A stretch of 64,000 nt of DNA from Flavobacteriaceae bacterium (GCA_020854235.1 JADZFW010000084.1:15932-79931), one strand, 5' to 3'. Numbered from the stretch's first letter, positions 28,923 to 37,666 are shown. Notes: a model not told the origin generated them from the letters alone. Translations and numbers: made by a program.

Positions 28923-29666
28923 ATGTCTTATTTTAACGAATTAAATTCATTGTCAGAAAAAGTGATGATTGATAATCTTATGGATAATTTCCAAGTTACT
29001 TCCTATAACGAAAATGAAAAGATTGAACAAAATGATTTATTAAATCAATCTGTTAATCGTAAAAAACCATTTCCTGTGGATAAAGAAATCAATTTGGATC
29101 CTACCAAAACCATTATGTCTAAAACGGATACTCGGGGTATTATTGAATATGCAAATGAGTATTTTATGGAAATTTCGGGATATGAAGAATTCGAATTAAT
29201 GGGTCAAGCCCACAACATCATTCGTCACCCAGATATGCCTAAAACCATATTTAAATTGATGTGGGATAGTATTCAAAAAGGACAAAACATACATGCATTT
29301 GTAAAAAACATGGCTAAAGATGGTCGATATTATTGGGTTTTAACCAATTTTGAAATCAAGAAAGATGTTGAAGGCAATGTAATTTCCTATTATGCCCGTA
29401 GAAAAGCTGCTCCTAGAAATGCCATATACGAAATCGACAGACTGTATTACATCCTTAAATCTATCGAGAATAAACAAGATATGCAGACCGCTCTCAATTA
29501 TTTCATGGGAATGCTAGAAGAAAAAAACATGACTTATAATCAGTTTATTTTAAGTATTCTCGAGGTCAATCAACAACAACTTTCAGAATATTTTACTGAT
29601 CAAAAGTTTGTTCCACAAGCAATTGAAGAAAGAAAAAAGGGTGTTTTAGGCCGACTTTTTTCTTAA
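28923..29666 (+). CDS. Stand-alone Aer-type PAS domain protein (module A)
   Basis: The PAS core is IMSKTDTRGIIEYANEYFMEISGYEEFELMGQAHNIIRHPDMPKTIFKLMWDSIQKG...VKNMAKDGRYYWV. It closely parallels the E. coli Aer N-terminal PAS as I recall it (HNMVRHPDMPKAAF..MW...VKNRRKNGDHYWV). I saw no TM segment and no output domain. Confidence 0.8.
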   Translation: MSYFNELNSLSEKVMIDNLMDNFQVTSYNENEKIEQNDLLNQSVNRKKPFPVDKEINLDPTKTIMSKTDTRGIIEYANEYFMEISGYEEFELMGQAHNIIRHPDMPKTIFKLMWDSIQKGQNIHAFVKNMAKDGRYYWVLTNFEIKKDVEGNVISYYARRKAAPRNAIYEIDRLYYILKSIENKQDMQTALNYFMGMLEEKNMTYNQFILSILEVNQQQLSEYFTDQKFVPQAIEERKKGVLGRLFS

Positions 29667-29784
29667 AAATTCAACCATAAATAAAGGAATCAAATGACCA
29701 TGCATGAAATTCCTGTGGAAATATAATGTAATTCATGGAGTAATTAGTAATAATCCTTCCCCTCTAGTTTATTCAAAAATTTTA

Positions 29785-31572
29785 ATGAATAATTTAGAAC
29801 CAACCAACCCTTCCATCCAACAAATCTTTCCGGACCCCAATCGCATCATTATGTCAAAAACTGACCCTAAAGGAGTCATTGAATTTGCCAATGATTATTT
29901 TGTCGAAATAAGTGGTTACAGTAGAGCAGAATTAATGGGACAAGACCATAACATTATCCGCCATCCCGAAATGCCAAAAGTAATATTTAAGTTGCTTTGG
30001 GATCATATTCAAAAGGGTGAAAGTATGTATGCTTTCGTTAAAAATTTGACTAAAAAAGGTCAGTTTTATTGGGTTATTGCAAAAGTAGATGCCAAAACTG
30101 ACGCCAATGGAGACATCATTTCATATGTGTCAAATCGAAGAGGAATACCTGCTGAGACGGCATTAAAAGTTGAGGAATACTATAAAATATTATTAGAAAT
30201 TGAAACCAGTAATCCGGTAACTGTTTCAGAAAAATATTTCAATGGTTTACTTGAAGAACTGAACCTTAATTATGAAACTTTTATTCAAAACTTATTGGGT
30301 TCAGATTGGAAAAATGTTAAAGCCAGCTTGGATGTAAACAAAAATCCAAACACAACTCAAATAATTAGTAAAACAAACAAACCTATCCCCAATGATATTC
30401 AAACGCCACTAGACCCCTCAAAAACCATAATGTCCAAAACAGATTTAAAAGGAATCATTCAGTATTCTAACGATTATTTTGTAGAAGTAAGTGGGTATAC
30501 AAAAGAGGAATTGATGGGACAACCTCACAATATCATCAGACATCCCGACATGCCCAAACTCGTTTTCAAAATCATGTGGGATCGCTTGAAAAGAGGAGAA
30601 GGATTGTACGCTTTAGTAAAAAACTTTACCAAGACAGGCGGATATTATTGGGTTATAGCACGCATTGACCCTAAATACGATGAAAATGGAAAGGTTGATT
30701 CTTACTTTTCATACCGAAAAGCTTCACCTTCTAGTGCTGTAAAACGTATTGAACCTTATTATAAAATACTTTTATCTATCGAAAAGGAACAAAAACCTGA
30801 AATAGCCGAACAGTATTTCAAAGGTTTACTTGAGGATAAAAATATGACTTATGATGAATTCATATTAAATATTCTCGGAACAGATGAAAAAACTTTAAAC
30901 AATTATTTTAGTGAAGTAAACACTATTAATGTGCAGTCGGAAGTTAGTTCGATTCATAAAAGAAATTCAAAACCTATCCCCAACAATCGCGAAATATTAT
31001 TGGATCCTTCTAAAATAATTATGTCAAAGACCAATGCCAAAGGGATTATTGAATATGCTAACGATTATTTTATGGAAATATCGGGATATGAACAACATGA
31101 TTTGATGGGCGAACCCCATAATGTTGTAAGACATCCCGACATGCCTAAAACTATTTTTAAATTTTTATGGGATACCATTCAAAAAGGTGAAAATATTCAT
31201 GCCATCGTAAAAAACATGTCCAAAGATGGAAAGTATTATTGGGTTCTAACCAATTTTGAATTCAAATACAATGAAAACAATGAGATTGTTTCTTACTATT
31301 CTAGAAGAAAAGCGGCTCCCAAAGATGCTGTAATCGAAATTGAAAAGCTATATAACACTTTAAAAAGTATCGAACAAAAACAAAATATGCAAGTAGCTTT
31401 AAACTACTTTTTAGGTTTATTGGAAGAAAAAAAGATCACTTATCATCAATTTATTATGAGGATCCTAGGGGTAACAGAAAACGAATTGAATCAGTATTTT
31501 GAAGTGCAAACAGCTACCTCAATTTCAATAAATGAAAAAAAAGGTTTTATGAATCGTCTTTTGAGTAAATAA
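29785..31572 (+). CDS. Triple Aer-type PAS protein (modules B1-B2-B3 in one polypeptide)
   Basis: The IMSKT(D/N) motif recurs at residues 49, 242 and 439 of the track ORF. HN(I/V)(I/V)RHP(D/E)MPK is present in all three modules. KPIPN linkers occur at residues 226 and 423. I prefer the ATG at 29785 (MNNLEPTNP); the track start at 29704 adds 27 unrelated residues. Confidence 0.8.
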   Translation: MNNLEPTNPSIQQIFPDPNRIIMSKTDPKGVIEFANDYFVEISGYSRAELMGQDHNIIRHPEMPKVIFKLLWDHIQKGESMYAFVKNLTKKGQFYWVIAKVDAKTDANGDIISYVSNRRGIPAETALKVEEYYKILLEIETSNPVTVSEKYFNGLLEELNLNYETFIQNLLGSDWKNVKASLDVNKNPNTTQIISKTNKPIPNDIQTPLDPSKTIMSKTDLKGIIQYSNDYFVEVSGYTKEELMGQPHNIIRHPDMPKLVFKIMWDRLKRGEGLYALVKNFTKTGGYYWVIARIDPKYDENGKVDSYFSYRKASPSSAVKRIEPYYKILLSIEKEQKPEIAEQYFKGLLEDKNMTYDEFILNILGTDEKTLNNYFSEVNTINVQSEVSSIHKRNSKPIPNNREILLDPSKIIMSKTNAKGIIEYANDYFMEISGYEQHDLMGEPHNVVRHPDMPKTIFKFLWDTIQKGENIHAIVKNMSKDGKYYWVLTNFEFKYNENNEIVSYYSRRKAAPKDAVIEIEKLYNTLKSIEQKQNMQVALNYFLGLLEEKKITYHQFIMRILGVTENELNQYFEVQTATSISINEKKGFMNRLLSK

Positions 31573-31695
31573 GTTGATTTTGTCAATAGTTTGTGTAAGA
31601 AATAGTTGTAACCGTTATGCCTGTTTTACCGAAGTATCGATATCAATCTGAAGTCAATTTGTATTCCAAAAAGAAAAATAATCTAAATATATTTT

Positions 31696-31703
31696 TATTT
31701 TTG
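31696..31703 (+). promoter_or_regulatory. Candidate -7 box for the third PAS gene
   Basis: The sequence tatttttg lies 29 nt upstream of the ATG at 31732. Confidence 0.4.
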
Positions 31704-31731
31704 CTAGAAATACAACCCTTATTGAGATTTT

Positions 31732-32352
31732 ATGCCAACAAATGACCTAAACTTTATCCCTATTGACCGTGAGATCAGACTTGACCCCAATAGAGCCATG
31801 CTTTGCAAGTTTAACACAAATGGTTTAATTGAATACGTCAATGATTATTATGTGGAAATCAGTGGTTTTGAAGTTCATGAAGTGGTAGGTAATGGTATTG
31901 AAACTTTGAAACATTCCGAATTACCATTGACGATCTTCAATCATGTTATGGAACATGTCAAAGAAGGTAAAAACATCAATGTTATCATTAAAGATCAAGC
32001 AAGAGACGGCAGGTATTATTGGTTTTTCACCGATTTTGAATTTAAAAAAGACAATGACAATAATCTCATTTCATTTGTAAGTAGCAGAAAAGCAGCTCCA
32101 AGACCTGTACTTTCTGAAATTGAAAATTTTTATCAAAAATTACTCAAAATTGAACAACATTCAGGTGCTAAAGTTGCCAAAACATACTTTGATGGTTTTA
32201 ATGAAGAAAATGGGATGTCTTTTAATGATTACAATAGGTCAATGATCCTCAATTACGGTAATATTGCAAAACCTTTTGCAAGTTCTCCTACCTCCCAACA
32301 GCCCATCCTGCAAGAAAACAAATCCATTTTCTCTAAAATTTTTAAGAAATAA
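31732..32352 (+). CDS. Divergent stand-alone PAS protein (module C)
   Basis: It has the same module layout (RLDPNR...IEYVNDYYVEISGFE...DGRYYWFFTDFEFKKD...FYQKLLKIEQ). The RHPDMP signature is replaced by LKHSELP, and the Trp of KLMWD is replaced (NHVMEHV). Confidence 0.7.
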   Translation: MPTNDLNFIPIDREIRLDPNRAMLCKFNTNGLIEYVNDYYVEISGFEVHEVVGNGIETLKHSELPLTIFNHVMEHVKEGKNINVIIKDQARDGRYYWFFTDFEFKKDNDNNLISFVSSRKAAPRPVLSEIENFYQKLLKIEQHSGAKVAKTYFDGFNEENGMSFNDYNRSMILNYGNIAKPFASSPTSQQPILQENKSIFSKIFKK

Positions 32353-34212
32353 TCATTTTCCCCATAAGTTGTTCTCTTTATCAATATCAGCCATATAAAG
32401 ACTGGGATCAATGTGCACCATTTTTACTTTTTTGGTTGTTTCAATCTTATAAGTCGGAAATCCCCAACCCCAGTCTTTCAGTATAGTAGCCGATGTTTTT
32501 TTTTCTCCTCGCATTAAATTTAGTGGAATATAGAACTGTTCTTTACTTCCGTCTTCATAAAACACTTCTAAATCTATAGGCATTGGCATAGTGCCTAATC
32601 TTTCTAAAACAATCTCTTGATTTTGAACCGACTTAACTGCATAATTAATCACGTGTGTAGTTTCGACAAATTCATTTAAATACCAATCCAAATGAATACC
32701 ACTCACTTTTTCAGCAATCCTGATAAAATCATTCGGTCCCGGATTCTTACCACCCCATTGTACATAATACTCCTGAATTGTTTTTTTAAGAGCTTCATTA
32801 CCTATAATATAGGAAAGTTGCGCCAAGAACACACTTCCTTTGTAATAAGCATTAATACTATAAGATGTATTTGTATAATAATGATCTGCATGAGTGGTCA
32901 ATGGCTCTTCATTTCCTGATGTTGCCATATAAAAATAACCGGCATAGGTGTCTTCAAATGGAAAAAAATCTCTTTTTTTTAGGATTTCTTGTAAAGCAAG
33001 TGTTTCAACATAGGATGCAAATCCTTCATCCATCCATGGATGTTTGCTTTCATTTGTAGCCAGTGCAAATTGAAACCAAGCATGAGCCATTTCATGTGCT
33101 AATAAGCCAATCATACCGTTCAAATTATTACCTCCATGAACCAAAGTACACATTCCGTATTCCATGCCTCCATCTCCTCCTTGAATGATAGAATATTGTT
33201 GATAAGGATACTTCCCTACATATCCTTCATAAAATGCCATGATCTGGGCAGCATAAGGCTGAATATCTTTCCAATATTTTTGAGTGTTATTGTTTTTTTT
33301 ATACAAAAAATGAAGGATTGGACCATTTTGAACTTGAAAACTATCATGAACGTACTCTTTATCAGCTGCCCAAGTAAAATCGTGAACATGAGGTGCTTTA
33401 AAATGCCATGTAAGTTGATCACCCTTAGGCAATTGCATAGGTAATGCTTTATTTTCATAACCACATCCCACTTCTTGAGCATTGATGAGATACCCGGTAC
33501 CTCCTAAAATATAGGATTTATCAATATGAATCGTGACGTCAAAATCACCCCAAACACCATAAAACTCTCTTGAAATATATGGATCTGTATGCCATCCTTC
33601 TACATCATAAGCCGCCATTTTGGGATACCATTGTGCCATTGATAATTCGACCCCTTCAGTATTATTTCTACCGGCTCTGCGTATCATATTTGGAACTTGA
33701 CCTTTGAAATTCAGTTCAAAAACTGCCGTTCCTCCGGAAGGTATTGGAGTGTCTAAAGTCACCTCCATAACAGTCCCTTCAATTTCATAATTAACACTTT
33801 TACCATTGTGAGTTAATGAGTTAATTTTAATAAAACCCGATTCTTCAGGTTTTAGTTTTGAAATCTTACTTTGGTAAACCCTATTCTTTCTGTCTCCAGA
33901 GACAAAAACCATTCTTTCGTCAGGATCAGCAATAGATTGTAGACGAGCATTCATTTCCGATTCAGGTTGGAACGCGTTAAAATACAAGTGATAATATACC
34001 TTATTCAGTAAATCGGGTGAATTATTGGTGTACACCAATTTTTGTTTTCCAATATATTGATAGGTATTGACATCCATGTCAATATCCATTGTATAATCTA
34101 CTTTTTGTTGCCAATACGTAGAATAAGCAGGAACCAAACGCGATTCTTGTGCATAAAAAGAGAGCAATGAAAAATGAAAAATGAAAGAAAGAAACAAGGC
34201 AAATCTTTGCAT
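32353..34212 (-). CDS. Secreted M1-family zinc metallopeptidase (aminopeptidase N-like)
   Basis: It has a signal peptide. The motif HEMAH-x18-E was counted directly (HEMAHAWFQFALATNESKHPWMDEGFASY). Its stop codon abuts the stop of the convergent PAS gene with no spacer. Confidence 0.85.
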   Translation of the reverse strand: MQRFALFLSFIFHFSLLSFYAQESRLVPAYSTYWQQKVDYTMDIDMDVNTYQYIGKQKLVYTNNSPDLLNKVYYHLYFNAFQPESEMNARLQSIADPDERMVFVSGDRKNRVYQSKISKLKPEESGFIKINSLTHNGKSVNYEIEGTVMEVTLDTPIPSGGTAVFELNFKGQVPNMIRRAGRNNTEGVELSMAQWYPKMAAYDVEGWHTDPYISREFYGVWGDFDVTIHIDKSYILGGTGYLINAQEVGCGYENKALPMQLPKGDQLTWHFKAPHVHDFTWAADKEYVHDSFQVQNGPILHFLYKKNNNTQKYWKDIQPYAAQIMAFYEGYVGKYPYQQYSIIQGGDGGMEYGMCTLVHGGNNLNGMIGLLAHEMAHAWFQFALATNESKHPWMDEGFASYVETLALQEILKKRDFFPFEDTYAGYFYMATSGNEEPLTTHADHYYTNTSYSINAYYKGSVFLAQLSYIIGNEALKKTIQEYYVQWGGKNPGPNDFIRIAEKVSGIHLDWYLNEFVETTHVINYAVKSVQNQEIVLERLGTMPMPIDLEVFYEDGSKEQFYIPLNLMRGEKKTSATILKDWGWGFPTYKIETTKKVKMVHIDPSLYMADIDKENNLWGK

Positions 34213-34283
34213 GGCTTAAAACATATTTTTAAAGCCACCAAAATACAGTATTTAATTCAAAAAATTATGTGAAAATTTGAGCA

Positions 34284-35273
34284 TCATGAACCCATCATAA
34301 GATTACAACCTCGAATGTCGGAGTGATCAAAACGACCCAACACTTCAAAAGTGCCATCGGCATGTGTTTTTCCCAAATCTTGAGTTTCAATAAAAGAACA
34401 CGAAAACACATTGGCTAAATCAATTATATTGATACCTCCTGAACTTTCGTTTGGCAAAAAAGCAAACGGATCTTCTACTTCCCTTATCAATACTTTCATC
34501 CATGGACTGGGTTTAAAATACGTAGAACCCATGGAATAGGCTTGGCTCAAAAGTTCGGTCATTCCATATTCCGAATATATAGTATTCACACCAAAACCGG
34601 ACTTTAATGTTTGGTGCAATTCCTCTTTTATCATTTCCTGACGACGTCCTTTCATGCCACCTGTTTCCATAACCAATGTATGTTTCAATTCGAACTGCTT
34701 CAAATCTAGTAAATCAAGTAATGCATACGTTACCCCAATCAATATGGTTTTACGTCCAGCTTTTTCCAAGTAGTTCAACTTTTCAATCAATTCCAAATAA
34801 TTATGAAGGTAAAACCCACTGTCACTGTGTTCTGTTGCTTGGATTAGGTGATTAACCATATAAACCAATGAAGAATTTTTTTGTTCCAAATAAGAAGGCA
34901 ACAAAGCCAAAATGGTAAAATCCTTTATACTTCCAAAAAACATTTCAAATCCAAGTAGAAAACTCTTTTCATATAATAGAGGTGATACAATCAGATGTTT
35001 GCTTCTATTGGTTTGAGTCGTTCCACTACTTAAAAAAGTAAGTTGAGATTTAGCAGATTTATGAATGACTTGATGTGTTTTAAAAAAAGAAATGGGTAAA
35101 AAAGGAATTTGTTCCAAGGCGTTCACATGTTCTGGATTACATTGGATCTGTGTTAAAAAATCCTTGTAAACAAGCGTGTTTTTGGCTTGAAAACGAAATA
35201 GATTCAGAGCAGTTTGAACAAACTCTTTTTCCGAATAGGTTTTTATGAGATGATTTTGATTCATTTGGTGCAA
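34284..35273 (-). CDS. LuxE-like acyl-protein synthetase / adenylate-forming family protein
   Basis: 329 aa. The blocks IPFLPISFFK, FLSSGTT and ETGGMKGRR resemble the LuxE/F390-synthetase-like family common in Flavobacteriia. Confidence 0.5.
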   Translation of the reverse strand: MHQMNQNHLIKTYSEKEFVQTALNLFRFQAKNTLVYKDFLTQIQCNPEHVNALEQIPFLPISFFKTHQVIHKSAKSQLTFLSSGTTQTNRSKHLIVSPLLYEKSFLLGFEMFFGSIKDFTILALLPSYLEQKNSSLVYMVNHLIQATEHSDSGFYLHNYLELIEKLNYLEKAGRKTILIGVTYALLDLLDLKQFELKHTLVMETGGMKGRRQEMIKEELHQTLKSGFGVNTIYSEYGMTELLSQAYSMGSTYFKPSPWMKVLIREVEDPFAFLPNESSGGINIIDLANVFSCSFIETQDLGKTHADGTFEVLGRFDHSDIRGCNLMMGS

Positions 35274-35383
35274 AGATAATCGTTTTCAACGCAACCAAAA
35301 CTCAAATTTTTTATCTATGTAATAGAAAATCAGACAAAATGATTTTGCCCAAAAATTTAACCCAAATAAGACTATATTTTTTG

Positions 35384-35391
35384 TAACTTTG
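35384..35391 (+). promoter_or_regulatory. Candidate -7 box for the ECF sigma operon
   Basis: The sequence taactttg lies 53 nt upstream of the ATG at 35445. Confidence 0.45.
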
Positions 35392-35444
35392 AAGACCATG
35401 TAGAAGCATTTTTTGAACCAACTAACCACTAAAACCAAGTCTTG

Positions 35445-35996
35445 ATGAGTTTAGATAAACTCATATTGGGATGTGCAAATAAAGAACCTGTTGCACAAGA
35501 ACAATTATATCGGCTTTTTGCCGGCAAGATGTTTGCGCTCTGTTTGAAGTATTCAAAAAACAAAGAAGAGGCTGAAGATAATTTACAAGACGGATTTATT
35601 CAGATTTACGATAAAATATCTCAGTTTAAGAATAAAGGGTCATTTGAAGGATGGATGAAGCGGATTGTAATCAACACTGCGCTTCAAAAATATAGGGACA
35701 AAAATGTACTCAATGTGGTTTATGATTTTGTAGATGAAGAAGAGGTAATGGTTGAAGTCGAAGAAGATGATATTTCGTTGGATTATCTACTAAAACTGAT
35801 TCAGGAATTACCCAATCAATATCGTTTGGTTTTTAACTTATACGTTTTGGACGGTTACTCACATAAAGAAATTTCTAAAGAATTAAAAATAAGTGAAGGA
35901 ACTTCAAAATCAAATTTAAGTCGAGCAAGAGCTATTCTGAAAGAAAAAATAGAAAGTAGGCAACAAGAGTCGGGATTTTTAAGAGCATTTCAATAA
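35445..35996 (+). CDS. ECF-type RNA polymerase sigma-70 family factor
   Basis: Region 2 (EDNLQDGFIQIY...WMKRIVINTAL) and region 4 (YRLVFNLYVLDGYSHKEISKELKISEGTSKSNLSRAR) are both present. I prefer the ATG at 35445, because the track start at 35442 is a TTG. Confidence 0.85.
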   Translation: MSLDKLILGCANKEPVAQEQLYRLFAGKMFALCLKYSKNKEEAEDNLQDGFIQIYDKISQFKNKGSFEGWMKRIVINTALQKYRDKNVLNVVYDFVDEEEVMVEVEEDDISLDYLLKLIQELPNQYRLVFNLYVLDGYSHKEISKELKISEGTSKSNLSRARAILKEKIESRQQESGFLRAFQ

Positions 35997-36000
35997 TAAA

Positions 36001-37269
36001 ATGAAAGATTATAAAAATATAGATCGTTTATTTCAGGAAAAATTCAGAGATTTTGAATCGCTGCCTCCTGAAATAGTTTGGAATCATATTGAAAATAATA
36101 TGAATCCAAAACCTGTTACCAACCAACGCAATATGTGGATTTGGTTCAGTGGTATTGCAGTCGGTTTAACTCTTTTATTTGTATTTAACAATCCTTTTAA
36201 TTCATTTTTATCTCCAACTAATGAACAAAACTCAGTGGTAGATAATGAAAATTCCACACCATTAAAACCTCAAGCAGAAACTGGAACTACTGCAGACGTC
36301 GATTTTAATTTGAAAAACATGCTTTCCGTCCCTATCAACAAGGGAAATAATCATGACAGTTTTGAAACAAATTCGATAAGTTCCAATTCTAAAACTAATC
36401 TTAAGTTTCCTATACTTAAATCAAATAATCCTTTTAAAGTAGATAATCAGTCTAAAGATTTTGTTTTAGGAAAATCAAATAAAAAAGAGGTGCTTTTTTC
36501 AAGTAAAAACCATTCTGGAACTGAATCTCTAACAGAAACAGAAGCTTTATCAAATTCGGATGCAAATCCAGATAAAGGTTGGAGTGTATCAACAGTTGCG
36601 GCACCTGTTTATTTAAGTAGCTTCAACAAAGATGCCTCAGCACTCGATTCACAAATGGATGCAAATGAAAAACAAGGTAAAATCTCGACTGCATATGGTG
36701 TACAAGTTGCTTATCAATTCAACAAGCGATTTTCTATTCAATCGGGTGTACATATTGTAGATTTTGCATACAGTACTAATGATATTTATCTAGCGTCAAA
36801 CAACCCTATTTCACGATTTTCCAACATCAATTATGACGATACTAAATCCTTGATTAGTACCATTTCAACGAATCCTTCTACTTTCAGTAAATCTAGTGAC
36901 CTAACCGAAAAAGGAAATTTAACTCAAGTTTACGGTTATATTGAAATCCCTTTAGAAGCTAAATATCGTTTAAATGCAGATGATGATTTGGGAATCAATA
37001 TTATAGGTGGATTTAGTACACTGTTGCTCAATAAAAATGAAATCTATGTAGAAACCTCCGATTTTACAAATAAAGTTGGAGAAGCATCCAACCTAAATTC
37101 GTTAAACTTTTCAGGTAATTTAGGTGTTGAGCTTGAATATAAAGTATATAAAAATGTGAATTTTAACTTGGTTCCTATGTTTAAAATTCAAACCCATACA
37201 CTTAACAATACAAACGCATTCAAACCCTATTCTGTAGGTCTCTACAGTGGTTTAAATCTTAGGTTTTAG
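36001..37269 (+). CDS. Anti-sigma-like N-terminus + single TM helix + low-complexity linker + C-terminal OMP-type beta-barrel
   Basis: It starts 4 nt after the sigma stop. The N-terminal 45 aa (IDRLFQEKFRDFESLPPEIVWNHIENNM) are followed by the TM helix WIWFSGIAVGLTLLFVF. Next comes an S/N/T-rich ~150-aa linker, then 8 alternating-hydrophobic strands ending in LYSGLNLRF (terminal Phe). Confidence 0.6.
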   Translation: MKDYKNIDRLFQEKFRDFESLPPEIVWNHIENNMNPKPVTNQRNMWIWFSGIAVGLTLLFVFNNPFNSFLSPTNEQNSVVDNENSTPLKPQAETGTTADVDFNLKNMLSVPINKGNNHDSFETNSISSNSKTNLKFPILKSNNPFKVDNQSKDFVLGKSNKKEVLFSSKNHSGTESLTETEALSNSDANPDKGWSVSTVAAPVYLSSFNKDASALDSQMDANEKQGKISTAYGVQVAYQFNKRFSIQSGVHIVDFAYSTNDIYLASNNPISRFSNINYDDTKSLISTISTNPSTFSKSSDLTEKGNLTQVYGYIEIPLEAKYRLNADDDLGINIIGGFSTLLLNKNEIYVETSDFTNKVGEASNLNSLNFSGNLGVELEYKVYKNVNFNLVPMFKIQTHTLNNTNAFKPYSVGLYSGLNLRF

Positions 37270-37304
37270 TTGGTTAATTTGTTTGGTTGGTTACCAAACA
37301 AACC

Positions 37305-37341
37305 AAAAAGTCGTTCTGGAATATTTCCGAACGACTTTTTT
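37305..37341. terminator. Bidirectional terminator hairpin
   Basis: Stem agtcgttctgga/tccgaacgact with one bulge (37309-37336), with an A-run before and a T-run after. It sits between the + gene ending at 37269 and the - gene ending at 37340. Confidence 0.6.
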
Positions 37342-37666
37342 ATTTTAAATCAATTTTTTTTCTAAGTAATTCCTCTTTAAAAATGGTTGGATCTTCACCA
37401 TTTGATATTTTAGCAATCACTAACGCACCTATTTTTTGAGCTTGATCACGCGTTTTAAAAAAATGGTTACCTGAAATTCCCGGAATAAATTCTTGTTTGA
37501 TTTGCAAACTATCATTAAAATAAATGGCATATCCATAACCCTTGTTGATTTGAAACACCTTTAAAGTGAAAGATTTTTCAAACGTATTTTTATAGTTGTA
37601 GTTTTCAGTACATGAAATAAACAATATCGAGAAAGTAAATAATGTAATTATAGTTAAACGACTCAT
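37340..37666 (-). CDS. Small lipoprotein, possibly DUF4907-like
   Basis: It has a lipoprotein signal (ILFISC) and a GYGYAIY motif, and is 108 aa. It lies immediately downstream of the Kelch lipoprotein gene. Confidence 0.4.
   Translation of the reverse strand: MSRLTIITLFTFSILFISCTENYNYKNTFEKSFTLKVFQINKGYGYAIYFNDSLQIKQEFIPGISGNHFFKTRDQAQKIGALVIAKISNGEDPTIFKEELLRKKIDLK

Larger units (their letters stand above)
29064..32352 (+). repeat. Tandem array of five paralogous ~195-aa PAS modules
   Basis: Approximate module boundaries are 29064-29666 (A), 29785-30378 (B1), 30379-30969 (B2), 30970-31572 (B3) and 31732-32352 (C). The spacing of IMSKT motifs in the triple protein is 193 and 197 aa. Confidence 0.8.

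Noticed and set aside
32347-32358. Convergent PAS and M1 peptidase genes whose stop codons abut with no spacer, raising possible mis-assembly, gene fusion or a missing terminator
   Set aside because: Both ORFs are complete and motif-supported up to their stops. Tight convergent packing is plausible in a compact genome, and I cannot demonstrate a special structure.
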